NCBI GenBank assembly: GCA_963693365.1
Contig: CAVNZM010000005.1
Span: 12,423,728 to 12,487,727, forward strand
From: Amoebidium appalachense
Taxonomy: Eukaryota; Protista; Ichthyosporea
Reading direction: 5' to 3'
DNA length: 64,000 nt
The translations under genes and the position numbers were made by a program. This document shows, in pieces, positions 38,654 through 60,092 of this stretch (within the stretch, counting starts at the first letter, position 1; the number at the start of each line of letters is the position of its first letter). The notes beneath the pieces are model-generated. The model ran no database searches, was not told the origin of the DNA, and saw only the letters and a program-made list of their open reading frames with translations.

Positions 38654-40040
38654 TAACCCAAAGCGTGTCTGCATGCAGTAAGAGATATAATCAGTGAATG
38701 AAGAGACGCATGGAATTGTCACAGTCACTGTGTTGCATGGTCTGCTTATTTTGGCATCTATCATGGATCCAGTAGCTTGTAACACCGCGAATGAATTATC
38801 TACTAGTAGCTTGAGTGCAAGAACGAATGTCAGGTCTGCCATAATGTGCGAACTTTCCGCATATCCGGAGCTGTGGGCACATGTATATTCTATTTAGTTA
38901 GGGGCCTTCGGCCTTGTACATAGCCAGACCAATGCCTCACGAACAGCTCCAGTGAACAAACGAAAACACGCCTTTATAATAATTAAGTTAACAAATAAGA
39001 TCGCCTGCATTGCACTTCAAACCCCCCTCCCCATCCTCCTCCCACCCCACTCCCCCCCCCCCCCCCCCAACCCCCACCACCACCACCACCACCACGTGTC
39101 TCCGGGGACCATTCGTGGTACACTGTTGCAAGACAAAATTTAATAACGGTGCGTACTCTTTTGTACTGGACATAGCAACGGTCTTAACGCTGCAAATAGT
39201 AAAAAATAAAAAAATAAAAAAAAACGTGCGAACCGGTGCAAATTCAGTGGTACTTGCCCATCAGTGGTACATGTGTCTGATTGAGTGCACAAGGCAACAT
39301 GTGCAATAACAAGGGATTTACAATCGGCAAACCCCCCCCCCCCCCCCCAAAAAAAAAAAAAGAAAGAAAAGAAAAAGAGGAAGAAAGAAAAAACCTTAAA
39401 AAAAGAAACACACACACATACACACGTACTTTCACGTGGGGTTTACGCACTGTTTGCTTCACGGCGCGTACACACACGGTCAAGGCCTCCTTCCATCTTC
39501 CACACACACCCAGGTGTACCGTGTTCACAGGATCGCGCGCGCAGTTTACCGCCAGAAGATCCTGCTGCCATGTTATCCAATCCAGTTCTGCGTAAGCTTA
39601 CTATATATGGTGATGCGTTCCTGACCAATCCAAATGTTTGTAGTGCCGGTGTGCGATTGGTTCACGCAACACACCTGACCAGGGTTTACAATTCTTAAAG
39701 CACACAGAGTAGACTTGTAGGTAAAACATCAAGACATGATATATAAACATATTTGTATAAATGTACTAGCCATGAACATTTTCTACTGTATTCATACCAT
39801 TTTCTTATTTCTGACAGCCTGAAAGCCCGTTAAAGTACTATTTCGATCCGCAGTTGTTCGCCAACCTGTTGTTGGCCGAGTCGAGTCCAACCCAGTGCAT
39901 CTTATGTACGTTGTTCCAACCCTGTGCCTGTGGCATGGCCTGAGGCTCATCTCAGACAAAACTTAGAAAACGAAACTTTCCCAACCCCCTAAAAGCCCAT
40001 TAGTAAAGAGCCCTGCAGGAATCAGAAAGAAATCTAAAAA

Positions 40041-47101
<7,061 letters not shown>

Positions 47102-47427
47102 ATGGGCCAATGGAAACATTGTGTTACTTGCCATATATAGGTCACTGATGACCATGATTTGGGCATGTACATGTTGCCCTGTGGGCATTTAGAAGGTGTA
47201 GGTTGACGGTTTAGAATTGAATTTTTAGAATTTTAACAAGAGGCTGGTGCAGGGCAGCAGTTCGAACCCAGTTGTCTTTGTGTTTCGTTTCATCCGAACC
47301 GACAAGGCAACACGTCCCGGTCTGGGGGAAAGATGGGTTGTTTGCGAATTCTTTTTCTTTCTTTCTTTTTCTTTCTTTCTTTCTTCTTTCTTCTTCTTCT
47401 TCTTCTTCTTCTTCTTCTTCTTCTTTA

Positions 47428-47468
<41 letters not shown>

Positions 47469-47845
47469 GGGGGGGGGGGGGTTCACATCTGCTGCTTCAG
47501 TCCTCAAGTCGGACTTCTCTTTCTTCCTACCCCAGTACCCGACTGTGTGCGTGTGCGTGCGTCCTAATAGATAGATTCGATTTGGCCTTGTACAAATGGC
47601 TGAGAGGCTGTGTCCGAATTTGTGTTGCAGGTCCCAAACGTGTGTGTGTGTGTGTGTGCGTGTGCGCGCGCTTGCGCAATGACGTGTACCACAGCATGTA
47701 TATATGACGTGTACCACAGCACGTCTGCCAGACTGAGTGTCGGTGCCATTGCATGAAAATGCCGTTTCCACTAGTACTGCCAAACGAAGACAAACACGAT
47801 CGAGCTGTTTTGAGGTGTACACGTGCCCACATTAGCCAATACAAG

Positions 47846-47877
<32 letters not shown>

Positions 47878-48501
47878 TTTTTTTTTTTTTTTTTTGTGGG
47901 GGGGGGGGGGGGGGGGGCTCGCTTGCCCCTCGGCTCCTACTCCTCCCCCCCCCCCCACACACACACACGTGGAGGCCCTAGCCTAGATTGTAAACGCTGG
48001 GGTCTCGATCTTTCCTGCTGTGCCACACCTTTGGATTCGTTTCACCAAGCTGCAGCTTCTGAAACAGTTCGTCTTATAAATTTGTGGATGCAGGGGCTCT
48101 AAGGCTTGGCAGTTAGGAAGCACACGTGCCATCACAGGGAGAATACAAACTGTGCATGGGGCAAATCCGCAAACCAGCGTTCGCAATACTTTCAAAACCC
48201 GCAGATAAAAACTTGTTTTTGAGGGGGGCAGGGCCGGGGGGGGATATATTGATGGCGCGTACATGCCGGCGGGTTCATAGGGCAGCAAGGCGCCATGTGC
48301 GATAGGCCACCGAGTGCACGTCATCCCCCGCATATTCTCTTCCTCCTCCTCTTCCTCCTCCTCCTTCTTCTTCTACTTCTCAGTTCTTCTTCTTCTTCAA
48401 GATCTTCTTGAGTTCTTCTTCTTCTTCTTCTTCTTCTTCTTCTTCTTTTTGTTTATTTATTTATTTATTTATTGTTTTATTTTTTTGGTGGTGGTGGTGG
48501 T

Positions 48502-48541
<40 letters not shown>

Positions 48542-49871
48542 GGGGAGGGGAGGAGAGTGTGGTGGTGAGAAGGTTCGAGAGGAGTTGATGGGCCAGATGA
48601 GGGAAGGGAGGGGGGACTAAGGACGGAAGGAAAGGATAGGTGGTGCCCCCCTTCCCCCTCCGCTCCCTCCCCCCCCCCCCCCCCCCCCCCAATGTGTGCA
48701 TCAATATACTAATACTATGTACATGAAACAGCTGCGGCACTGTGTCTATAACAGAACCTGACAATGTAGATTGAGTGAGCGAACTTTTGAAGTTACAGAG
48801 ACTCATGAGGAAGATTTTTACGGTATTGATTCACGAGGGCCGGGAAGGGGGGGGGGGGGGGGGGGTGGTCACTGTGGGAATGAATACCGTGACAAAAGTA
48901 AAGGAAGGCACTCGGAAGGATTATAAGTTAGAAGTTGCGGATGTTGAAGGGAATCGACAGTCGTACTTATTAAGTGCGCATGCATCATGGCGGTGTGTGT
49001 GTGTATGGTGGTGGTGATCATCATGGTGGTGGTGGTGGGGGGGGGGGGGGGGGGGGGAGGGGGAGGGGGGAGGGGGGGGGGAAGGGGAAGAGGGAGGGGG
49101 TCCAGAGGGGGGCGGGATAGGAGGGGGATGTGAAGGGGCCTTAAGCTTTATAAGGGGTCTCGGGCCGGCGGTTGGCGGTTGTGTATGTGTGTTGGGGGGA
49201 ATAAATGCAGTACCCTTGCGTAAGGACACCGTCAACATACAAATCACAACGGGAACGCCTTGATCATAATAGTTAACCGCAGACTAGTGCACACAAAAAT
49301 ATCAAATATGCAACAAAATTAAAGCATATACCCAACTGCGAGGTAAAGGGGGGGATGGGGGAGGGAGGGGGGACTCGGGGGGCAAGAGAGGTGGGGGGGG
49401 GGGGAGGGGGGAGGGGGGGGGAGGGGGGCTGCATTTTTTTTTGGATTGCGATGTATATATCGTGGAGCCGCAGCAGCAGCATGCATGGGCCACGTCAACT
49501 GCTGTGTGCATGCACTGTTGCATGCATGAATACCTGAAAAAGCTTCTAGTTGCCCATCCAGTGGACGTTGTGATTAATGATTACTATCTAGCTAGCCAAT
49601 ACATTATTAATATAAAAGAATGGCATGCCACCAGTTACTGAGACAGATTCATATGATATAGCAGCAATTAGGTTACAAAGTAGTTAGGAACACGTAGGAG
49701 CCGCCAACATCGCCTGCAACAGCTTCGCTACAGGTATCGGCACTGACATGTACACCGTGCAAAGTAAACTGCACCCAATGAGCTCGTGCCATTATGTGTT
49801 GCACCTGTTCAAGCATGATATGTAATGCACGTGTTTCCAATAACCCTTCCTCAGTACTGGTAGGCGCCTGG

Positions 49872-50034
49872 CTAATAGCCCCCGCCTTTGCAGCATGTGG
49901 CCTGGCTGCAGCTGCGGCTAGACCCCCCTCTCTTCTTGCAGCGCATGACCCCGTGTGTCTTTTTGTCCACCCTGTAGCCCAGAGCACACACGATTCCGGC
50001 CTGGTCGCAGCCCACTAGACTGCCGCCACCGTAC
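49872..50034 (-). CDS. Candidate terminal exon of a small cysteine-rich peptide (6 Cys)
   Basis: After acceptor cgcccAG, the frame reads YGGGSLVGCDQAGIVCALGYRVDKKTHGVMRCKKRGGSSRSCSQATCCKGGGY*. Upstream exons were not identified. Confidence 0.4.
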
Positions 50035-50360
50035 CTGGGCGCTGACTGTGCGCTATATCATATGAATTTGTCTCAGTAACTGGTGGAAGAGATGCATGTG
50101 ACCGATTGTGTGTGTGTGTGTACTCCCTTCTCCTAGATACGTTGAGACAGGGGGCAGGGGGAGGGGGAGGCCAGCGTTTGGCAAATATATGAGCCGTAAA
50201 CTGATATTTTTAGCGTCTTGAACTGCTGTTGGCTTAAAACCCCGCCCTAAATGATGTCTTGCAAGATGGCCCCTTCTACAGATCATGATTAGACTAAGCT
50301 AAGGGGCATGATATCATCCGGGAACACCAGTGTGTGTGTGGTGTGTGTGTGTGTGTGGGT

Positions 50361-50393
<33 letters not shown>

Positions 50394-50715
50394 GGGGGGG
50401 GCGGGGGCGGAGGGGGGACGTGTGTAGAATTGGTGTTGACTCAGTCTGTAAATTTTAAATTCACGGTTAGTTTTGATATTACTTCGTCGGTGTTAGTCAT
50501 GACATATGTGGCCGGCAGACACGTAATGCGGGGGATTCGCGTGACATTCCGCAAACAGAAAACTGCAAACCAACGGAAATTGAATGATGAAATGAAGATT
50601 GGACTCAAATATTGCTCCATATTTCGCTTTAAGCCATCCTTCCGAATCCCCACTCCGTCCCCCTGCCCCCCCCCCCCCCCCCCCCCCCCCTCCTCTCCCC
50701 TCCCCCCTTCCCCCC

Positions 50716-50868
50716 CCCAGGCCACCATCCCGTCCAAAAACCGTAAACAAACAAAAGAAAAAGAAGGGGGGGGGGGGGGGGGGGGTAAAAAGAAGGGGGG
50801 GGGGTTTCCCCCCCCCCTTCTTTTTCTTTTGGTTTGTTTACGGTTTTTGGACGGGATGGTGGCCTGGG
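50716..50868. repeat. Foldback inverted repeat with ~57-bp arms
   Basis: CCAGGCCACCATCCCGTCCAAAAACCGTAAACAAACAAAAGAAAAAGAAGGGG pairs with CCCCTTCTTTTTCTTTTGGTTTGTTTACGGTTTTTGGACGGGATGGTGGCCTGG across a short G-rich loop. Confidence 0.85.
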
Positions 50869-51529
50869 GAAGGGGGGAGGAGAGAGGGGGGGGGGGGGGG
50901 GGGGGAGAAAGACGGAAAGAAAGAAAGAAAGGAAGGAAGGAAGAACGAAAGAAAAATCAAACACGCTCCTCCCCCACCTCAATCAACCATATCACAGTAA
51001 CTCACTAGCTGTGGCTTTCTAACAGTGTTAACCACCGTGACTCGTCAATGGCATAATATATGGGGGATTTGAGGGGGGGAAGCTCAGTGACACCCACCCT
51101 TCAGGAGATTCTTCAAAACTGTTACCCAGGTGGGTGGGTGGGTGCTTTTTTTAAGATTTATTTTTATTCTCAACCCGTGTGTGCGTGTATTCGGGGAGGG
51201 AGGGAAGGAGGATAGGAGGGGGTGCCGGGTGGTGGAGGGGGGGATCAAGGTGGAGGACAGGATAATATCAATAAGAGGTAGGGAAATTTCATGTGATTAC
51301 GTAAAAGGATGGAACACCAGTAACGCGTAAAATGCAAGTTCAACCCAGAACACTGCATCCATTTGGGGGGGGAAGGGGGGAGGGGGTTGTGCCCACATGC
51401 ACGTTGGCGTCCACATTTGGCCGGAAAGGGGAAGAATGGGGAGAGGAGGGGGACAGAATATCGATATGTGCCGCTAAGGGTTTCCACCAATTGGCATCAG
51501 GAAGAAGATGTTTGTCAGACACGCACGCG

Positions 51530-51624
<95 letters not shown>

Positions 51625-51713
51625 ACACAATCCAACATGCACACACATACTGTACACATACACACACACACACACACAGTGTCACGCATACACACACACG
51701 CAGTGTCACGCAT

Positions 51714-51781
<68 letters not shown>

Positions 51782-51931
51782 TGAGTCACACGAACATGAT
51801 GTACACACACAAACCGTCTCCCGCAGTACCCATATTACGGACGTCACTACGGTATGCATCCATTCAATAATCAATGTGCACAAATAACATTGCATTCGTT
51901 TAAATTCAACAAGACAAAATGTACAAGGTGT

Positions 51932-52095
<164 letters not shown>

Positions 52096-52418
52096 ACACA
52101 CACACACACATGTACATGTACAGCTTAAATGTGGCAGACACGCGGCATGTACTCGCAGTCACACTTATTACATATACACGCACATCATCACATGCACATG
52201 CAGACATTTTTATTGGCCTGCACACAGCCCGTGTACGTACACTCATGGCACATGTGCACGCCGTGATCACACGCACACGCACCGTGTGACGGTTTCCAAC
52301 GTTCAACGGTACTGCACTGATGATATCGTTAGCTGTCGCCATCATCAGTTGCCAATGCTACTCCGGATCACGTGCATGCCCGCCAATGCTTTTTGTCGTG
52401 ACAATGTCGTCACACTTA

Positions 52419-53514
52419 GGGCCTGTTTGGTAGCGCGCTAAATACGGTTTTTTATCGTATTCGTATTTAGGGCCTAAATACGTATACGATCCCGTGGCAT
52501 GCCAAACACGCCGCGGGCTTTTATTTTTTGTAAATACGATAGGGATCGCTTTTATATCGTATTTACGAAAATCACCTCCGGAGGTGATTTTCGTAAATAC
52601 GATATAGGAAATTAGCCAATCAGAGCATTTCGCATCATTAATTGGCTATCAGCTAGCCAATGGTACAGCGAAAGCCGCGGAGGGCACATTTTTACTACAG
52701 TACGCATGCCAGCGCATGCACGTGAACAATTCACTGTTAAAAAGAAGGTCGGTGTCATACACGTCATTTTGTGTACATGCTCAGTTAAAATTGGCACATG
52801 AATTTGGGCTGCACAGGTAAGACAGAGGACGAGGAACCCTACACGGTGCATGATCACAAGCTCAGACTGTATATATATATATATATGCCATAATAATCAT
52901 TGAAACAATACTGGACTCCGATATATGCATTAATAAAAACAATCAAATGTACATGTACAAACAACTCGGTGACATGCAGGCACCACGACTCCACGAGTAC
53001 TGCATAGACAAGGACAAATCTTAACACTCACTATGTGTTCAGATATGTGGGGAATGCCAGGGACGAACGCAATTGGTGATGTAAAACGAGGTCTCTAGCA
53101 AGGCTAGCCACCGCAATTACTGGCAGTATCCCTTCAATAACAGACATTCTAACCTATTGTTAAACAGAGCAAGGCTCACTGTCGGTGACTCGTTTTTGCC
53201 GTTCGCTGTAATACTGACTACAGCTGCACCAGCCTATCTATATGCATGGAATACTAAATACCGAAGGATGATCAATGGGTGCGAATAGGGCCAATCCACG
53301 GCCATCTAGAAACACCCTAGATGGCCGTGGGCCAATCAGATCTCGTGAACATGTATCGACATTTTATGTGACCAGTCACGCCTGACAGCGTTTGGAAGGC
53401 ACCAATCGTATTTAGGCCCTAAATACGCATACCACGATAAATTTTGTAAATACTGTAGATCGTATTTAGGGCCTAAATACAAATACGATTATTGGGGTGC
53501 TGCCAAACAGGCCC
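52419..53514. mobile_element. PIF/Harbinger (Tourist-like) non-autonomous element, ~1.1 kb
   Basis: TTA|GGGCCTGTTTGGTAGC ... GCTGCCAAACAGGCCC|TAA. The TIR resembles PIF/Tourist termini and the flanks are TWA. Subterminal palindromes CGTATTTAGGGCCTAAATAC lie at both ends. No transposase ORF. Confidence 0.8.
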
Positions 53515-53869
53515 TAAGTTACAACGTGCCCTATGTTCTCATGCATAGCAGCATATGAGACCCAGTGCGCATCATGATGAACGTTTGGTGTTTGGCTCAG
53601 CAATGATCTTCGTTCGACGTCGACTCAAGCTCAGTTAGGCCGCCTCCTGGCCAGACTCTTACGGTACTGTATTGGCCAGATAGACTACGACTGTCTTTAT
53701 TATACACATCTACTGTATCGCGATCTATCCACTACATGCCTTGCTCAGAAACGGTGCACGGGCGCTCACGCCGGTGCCACGCTGCCACGTTTGCACAAGG
53801 CCACATGTACCCACACAAGCACCTGCCCGACGTCGACACCCGACGAATATGTATGCTCACTGCACCAAA

Positions 53870-55026
<1,157 letters not shown>

Positions 55027-55872
55027 TCAGTGACTCCACTTCAGCATCTCAGATCTGGGCAGAAGCTAAAGGACCCGGGTCTTGTTATTTAAACGTTGTC
55101 TTCGGCGGGGATTGAAGCTCCCCTCTCTCCTCTCCTTTTTCCTTTCACACACTATCATACACGCAAAACATGTACGCGTGGTTATCTGCTTGTCTTTGTA
55201 TACTGTTTGTATTGTTTGTATGTATTTTTTTCATAAGGCCTAGGCGCTTTCCTGGAATTTACACTGCTCTGTCATTTTTTTGTACCCAACCAGGTGACTG
55301 CGCAGTGCGCACCGCACAGTTGGCAGCCGCTGCCACAGTGAGGCAGGATGGTGGAAAAAATATCCAAATTTGTAAAGCGAAAACGGTACATGCAATGACT
55401 ATCTTTCACTGCAATGTATAATTATTTATCTATGAGGTTCAACCAGAGACCATAACTTAGTCATAGAAATCACAGAACGTTGTCGTTTCAGTGATCTTGC
55501 GAGGAATGACTTCGCCTCAGATGGGCCACTCTGATTGGCGTACATTTATTGCTGGAACCAGGGCTCGAAGTTTGTTCCACTAAAGTTCCATCGATCGAAC
55601 CGCATGGTGGTGGGGTAGGACGTTCTGTAGCATTTAGCGCCAATATTTGAAATATTTCACTAATTTTCCTTCTTATTAGTCATTTAATGACATATATAAA
55701 TTTTCACCCCCCAATAATTGCTCCAGAAACCAAAGTTGTAGAAAGTTCTATTCTCGTGCTCTGGAGCCTTTGTGTACTAAAAGTTCGTACCCTGCCGGTT
55801 AAGTCCCATCGTCTACGAAAAAATGCACAGCAACTCATCGAAGCTCTCCTATTGGCTCCTAACCTTAGGTGT

Positions 55873-55918
55873 GGCCAATCAAATGCGTTTGCCGCGTACC
55901 GGTCACCTACTATAAATT
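55873..55918 (+). promoter_or_regulatory. CCAAT box and TATA box upstream of the SapA-repeat gene
   Basis: GGCCAATCA at 55873 and TATAAAT at 55911, about 110 bp before ATG 56021. Confidence 0.5.
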
Positions 55919-56020
55919 TGCACAACACAAGTGTGAACACCACTTGAGCAGTTTTCATCGGTGAAATCACACCACTGGTTTTGTTGTACTGTGTTTTTTC
56001 CCCCCTCGTTGTTAGCAAAC

Positions 56021-57477
56021 ATGCTTTCGCAGCTTCTTGTGTGTGCCGGAGCGGCGACAGTCGCCCTTGGGGCAGATTCCGCGGCCCCAACCGCTACCGC
56101 CCCTGTTGTTGGGGCTGAAAAATGCACCCAGGGACCCTCCTACTGGTGCAGCAGTGAGGCTGCCGTGAAGGAATGCCTGGAGGTGGGTGAAAATGCAAAG
56201 CGAGCTTGTGCATGTTGCCTGTGTGTTTGAGTAGATATTTGGGTGCGTGCAGTTGGTTGCCTTTGTTCCTCGTGTATCCCCTGTATTCTAGACACGTGTC
56301 CTCCATCTTTGTGAATTCTTACTGACGAGTGATGTGTGTTGCAGGGGGACAACTCTCAGTGCTGGAAGTACTGCAGCAACAAGATGTACAGCCTGGAGAA
56401 GAGCGAGGTCTGCAAGAACTTCACCCTGCCCGGCGCAGACCCGTGCACGTGGGGGCCGAGCTTCTGGTGCGACAGCCAGGCTAACGTGGACAAGTGTCTG
56501 AAGGTAGGCAGCCCCTTGGATATGACCCCCACTTTTTTTCCTGTTTTTTTTCCCCCCCCAGTTTTTCTCCGGGGACAACTTTGGCTGCACACTCGTATGA
56601 TTTTGCACTATCCTTGTGGCGGCAGTCACACATGCAAAGTCTTATTATGTAGGGATAGTAACACACATGCAGTTACTTCCTCACCTGCCCCTCCCCCCCC
56701 CCCACCTCCCCCCCTCCTTCTCCCACCTTCCCATTCTCTTTATATGAGTATGGTTCCTCTCGCCTATGTGGCCTACCAATACAGCATACTCTATTATCGA
56801 CCCGACAGCTGCAGCTAGTCTCGTGTACAACAGGACCCCCCCCTTGCCCCCCCCACCCTGCCCCAGACCCTGCCCGTTCCGCAGCCTACTACCCCAGACG
56901 CCACCCCATCATTCCTTCCCCCTCCTCCCCCTCAACCCCCCCCCCCCCCCCCACCACCACCACCACCACCATCCTCACCCCCACCCCCCACCCCACCATG
57001 GTCCACCAGCACCATACACACAACACACACACGTACACACACTAATCCTCCTTTCCCTCAGGGTGACGCTACGGACTGCAAGGAGAAATACTGCACACAG
57101 GAGTCTCTGAAGAACAGCAAGGTTTGCAAAGGCAACAGCAGTGTTCCCATGGTGGGCGGTGACCCATGCACCTGGGGGCCCTCCTACTGGTGTGCCTCCA
57201 ATGAAAACGCAAAGAAGTGCAACTTCGTAAGTTTTCCAGCTTCATGCTTTTCCAGGAAAGAGGTTCATGATGTGGTTGGAGGGACTGTGCAAATATTTGG
57301 TGGAACAAGGTGATGTGTCGGTGTGGACTTTTTTTTTTTTTTCCGCGGGGGGGGGGGGGGGGGGGGGGGGGAGGGGAGGGGGTTGATGGGAAGAAGAGAG
57401 AGAAATTTCGAGCCAGCCCAGGTTTCAATTCCTTCAGGCATATTCTCTTCTTCCTTGCACTGTCTACTGTTTGTGGT

Positions 57478-57508
<31 letters not shown>

Positions 57509-58348
57509 TTCCCTCTAAATCACAACCTCATGGAGCCCCTTCATTTTTTTGGAAGCAAACAGTGTCTATTTGTACTCAACAATGCAGGGGTACCTTTTCC
57601 CATAGCCTTGCTTTGTGTGTCCCACACACGCCAACCATCCATGCCAACCATACATACCACAACACAGGACACCGCTGAGTGTGCAAAGTACTGTGCTGCC
57701 GCCGCCACTGAATACAAGGACCTCGTGGACAGCGAAATCTGCAAGAACACCAAGCCCATGGTGGGCTCAAACAAGTGCACCCAGGGCCCTAGCTACTGGT
57801 GTTCGTCCCAGGCAAACGCAAAGAGCTGCAACTTCACGTGGGCCACAGAGTGCGGGAAGTACTGCACGGCCGCAAAGAACAACGAGGGATATGCCAATAT
57901 TGCTAGCGGTGATGTGTGCACGTCCAAGTGCCTAAACGACCCTTCGTACTTCTGCAAGACCTGGGCCCAGGCTAAGGAGTGCGGTGTTTCTCCCAGCATG
58001 TGCCGTCCTTTCTGTTTCGACAAGACCAACAATGCTGCCGATTTTGCTCTGTGCAAGAAGCAGCCTAAGGTCAGCGCCGAGTGCATGAAGGGGCCCTCCT
58101 ATTGGTGCAGCAATGCGAGCAGTGCAAAGGCGTGCAAAATCCCCGTGGCCAAGTGCCAGTCGTTCTGTGCCGACACCAAGAAGCACCCTGCCCTTGCCGA
58201 AGCCAAACTGTGCAAGCGCTTTGCTGAGGCCCCTGTTGTTGCCGGCACGGAAGCAGCCACTGCCACGGCCCCATGGGTGACTGAAATGGTCGACGTCCCG
58301 GAGACGGCACCTTACCTTCTCCCCACGGCCACCGCCGCGGCCAACTAA
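56021..58348 (+). CDS. Secreted cysteine-rich protein with six tandem saposin-A-like repeats (~388 aa), no saposin-B domain
   Basis: Exons 56021-56182, 56345-56503, 57062-57226, 57668-58348, all phase 0. Signal-peptide-like N-terminus (MLSQLLVCAGAATVALG). Repeats G-x2-(K/P)CT(Q/W)GPS(Y/F)WC-x8-C match the SapA signature of prosaposin. Confidence 0.85.
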
Positions 58349-58663
58349 ATATAGATGTGGGCCAATGAAGATCGAGGACTAATGCAATATTTTTTAATGG
58401 TTGGCTTTGAGATGAATGACAAAATGGTAGCTGGGCCGAAATATCGGTTAGTTAGGCGCCCGTGAGAGATGATAGTTGTTTAGCATGTGGGAGGGTGTGT
58501 TGACTTGCTGATTGTAAATGCGGAAATGGGGTTATGAAATAGCTTGCTCTGTCCATAAAATATAACATAGGATATACTCGGCCGGCTTGTGCATCATATA
58601 GTAACAGATATAAATGAGAGGAGCACTAAGGGAAAGTCACTTAGTCCTGATCACCAGCGTCCG

Positions 58664-58705
<42 letters not shown>

Positions 58706-59334
58706 GGCTCCTGCAGCACACAGCACATTGACTATTTCCACTCCAGTTGACAAAAATCTAAGAATCGCACATGACGACATTATATGTAACTTAGGCCACA
58801 CTGTGACATCCCTGCATGCAATAGTATGCGATTCACACCCACGTGCACATGAGCACAGCAGACACATAAAGCACGGATGTTAACGGTACTAATTGGTCCT
58901 AATTAGCACTTCTAGTGCTACACACACATTAGGGCACACTTAGGCACTCAATACTGGCCGTGCCGTAGCTCATATGCAACACACGCCAACACCAAGACAC
59001 GCACACTTTAGTCTGTCACGTGATCTGATGCACACTAATTTTTAGATATCATTGCACAGAGGCATACCGACTGTATCCGCATGAACACGTGCACACAGAG
59101 TCAACCTCCTCCCCACCTCCCCCCCCTCCCCAGCCCCTCCGGACGCACCCCGCCCAGCCGCGGCCCTGCCCTGCTGTTGGCTAACCCTGCCCACTTCCCG
59201 TTGCTTAGCTTGCCTGCATGCAGACGTTTGCTTCTCTGAGTAACCCTGCTCACATATATATACCGTGCCATGTAACATGTGTGTGTGTGTATGTATTGTG
59301 TGGTGGCCCGGTGGTGGTGTGTGTGTTTGTGTAT

Positions 59335-59385
<51 letters not shown>

Positions 59386-60092
59386 GTTGAATGTGTTATA
59401 TATTAGATTTGAAAGTACACATTCACAGCTTGACAGCACGACGCAGAGTGTGGTTATCTAAGCTTGCGGCTGTGTTAAACCCCGTAGATATATCTCAAGT
59501 CATGCAATGTGTCCAGGTGAACGTCCCCACACTGTAGAACATTGGCTGGACTGGCAACTTTATATTGAGCATGCCTACTAGGTGCACGTGAATACGTCTA
59601 TACAAAACAAACAAAAAGTAGGAATATAGGTGGCCGAGGGCTGAAATGTGTGTTTCAACGGCTGCACTATCTAAAGATCAACACACTTTTATTGGCCACG
59701 AGGCTCCGTAAAATAGGTCAAGTACATAAGTTGGACACCACAGGTGTCAAACGATTAACTATTGGCAGCTATTCCACACATGTCCATGGATACTATAGTG
59801 GTACATACTATTGCATACTCGAACCGTTGAACATTCATACATTTAGAATACACAGCTAGCCTCAAAAAATAATAATTCTGTGTTGATATCATGAACTATA
59901 TTTAACACGTCTACATGCATAAACCACTTCTCATTTTACCATTACTGGGCATACGCTTTCAGTACAATATACATACATGGTTCCTCAGTCTACACCCCCT
60001 GGTTAAACTTCACATCCAAATCCCTCTCATACATACCATATACACACATACCCACACAGACAGAGCACCACACACCCACACATCCACACCTT

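Noticed and set aside
47983-48333. 116-aa minus-strand ORF
   Set aside because: No recognisable domain and no supporting exon structure.
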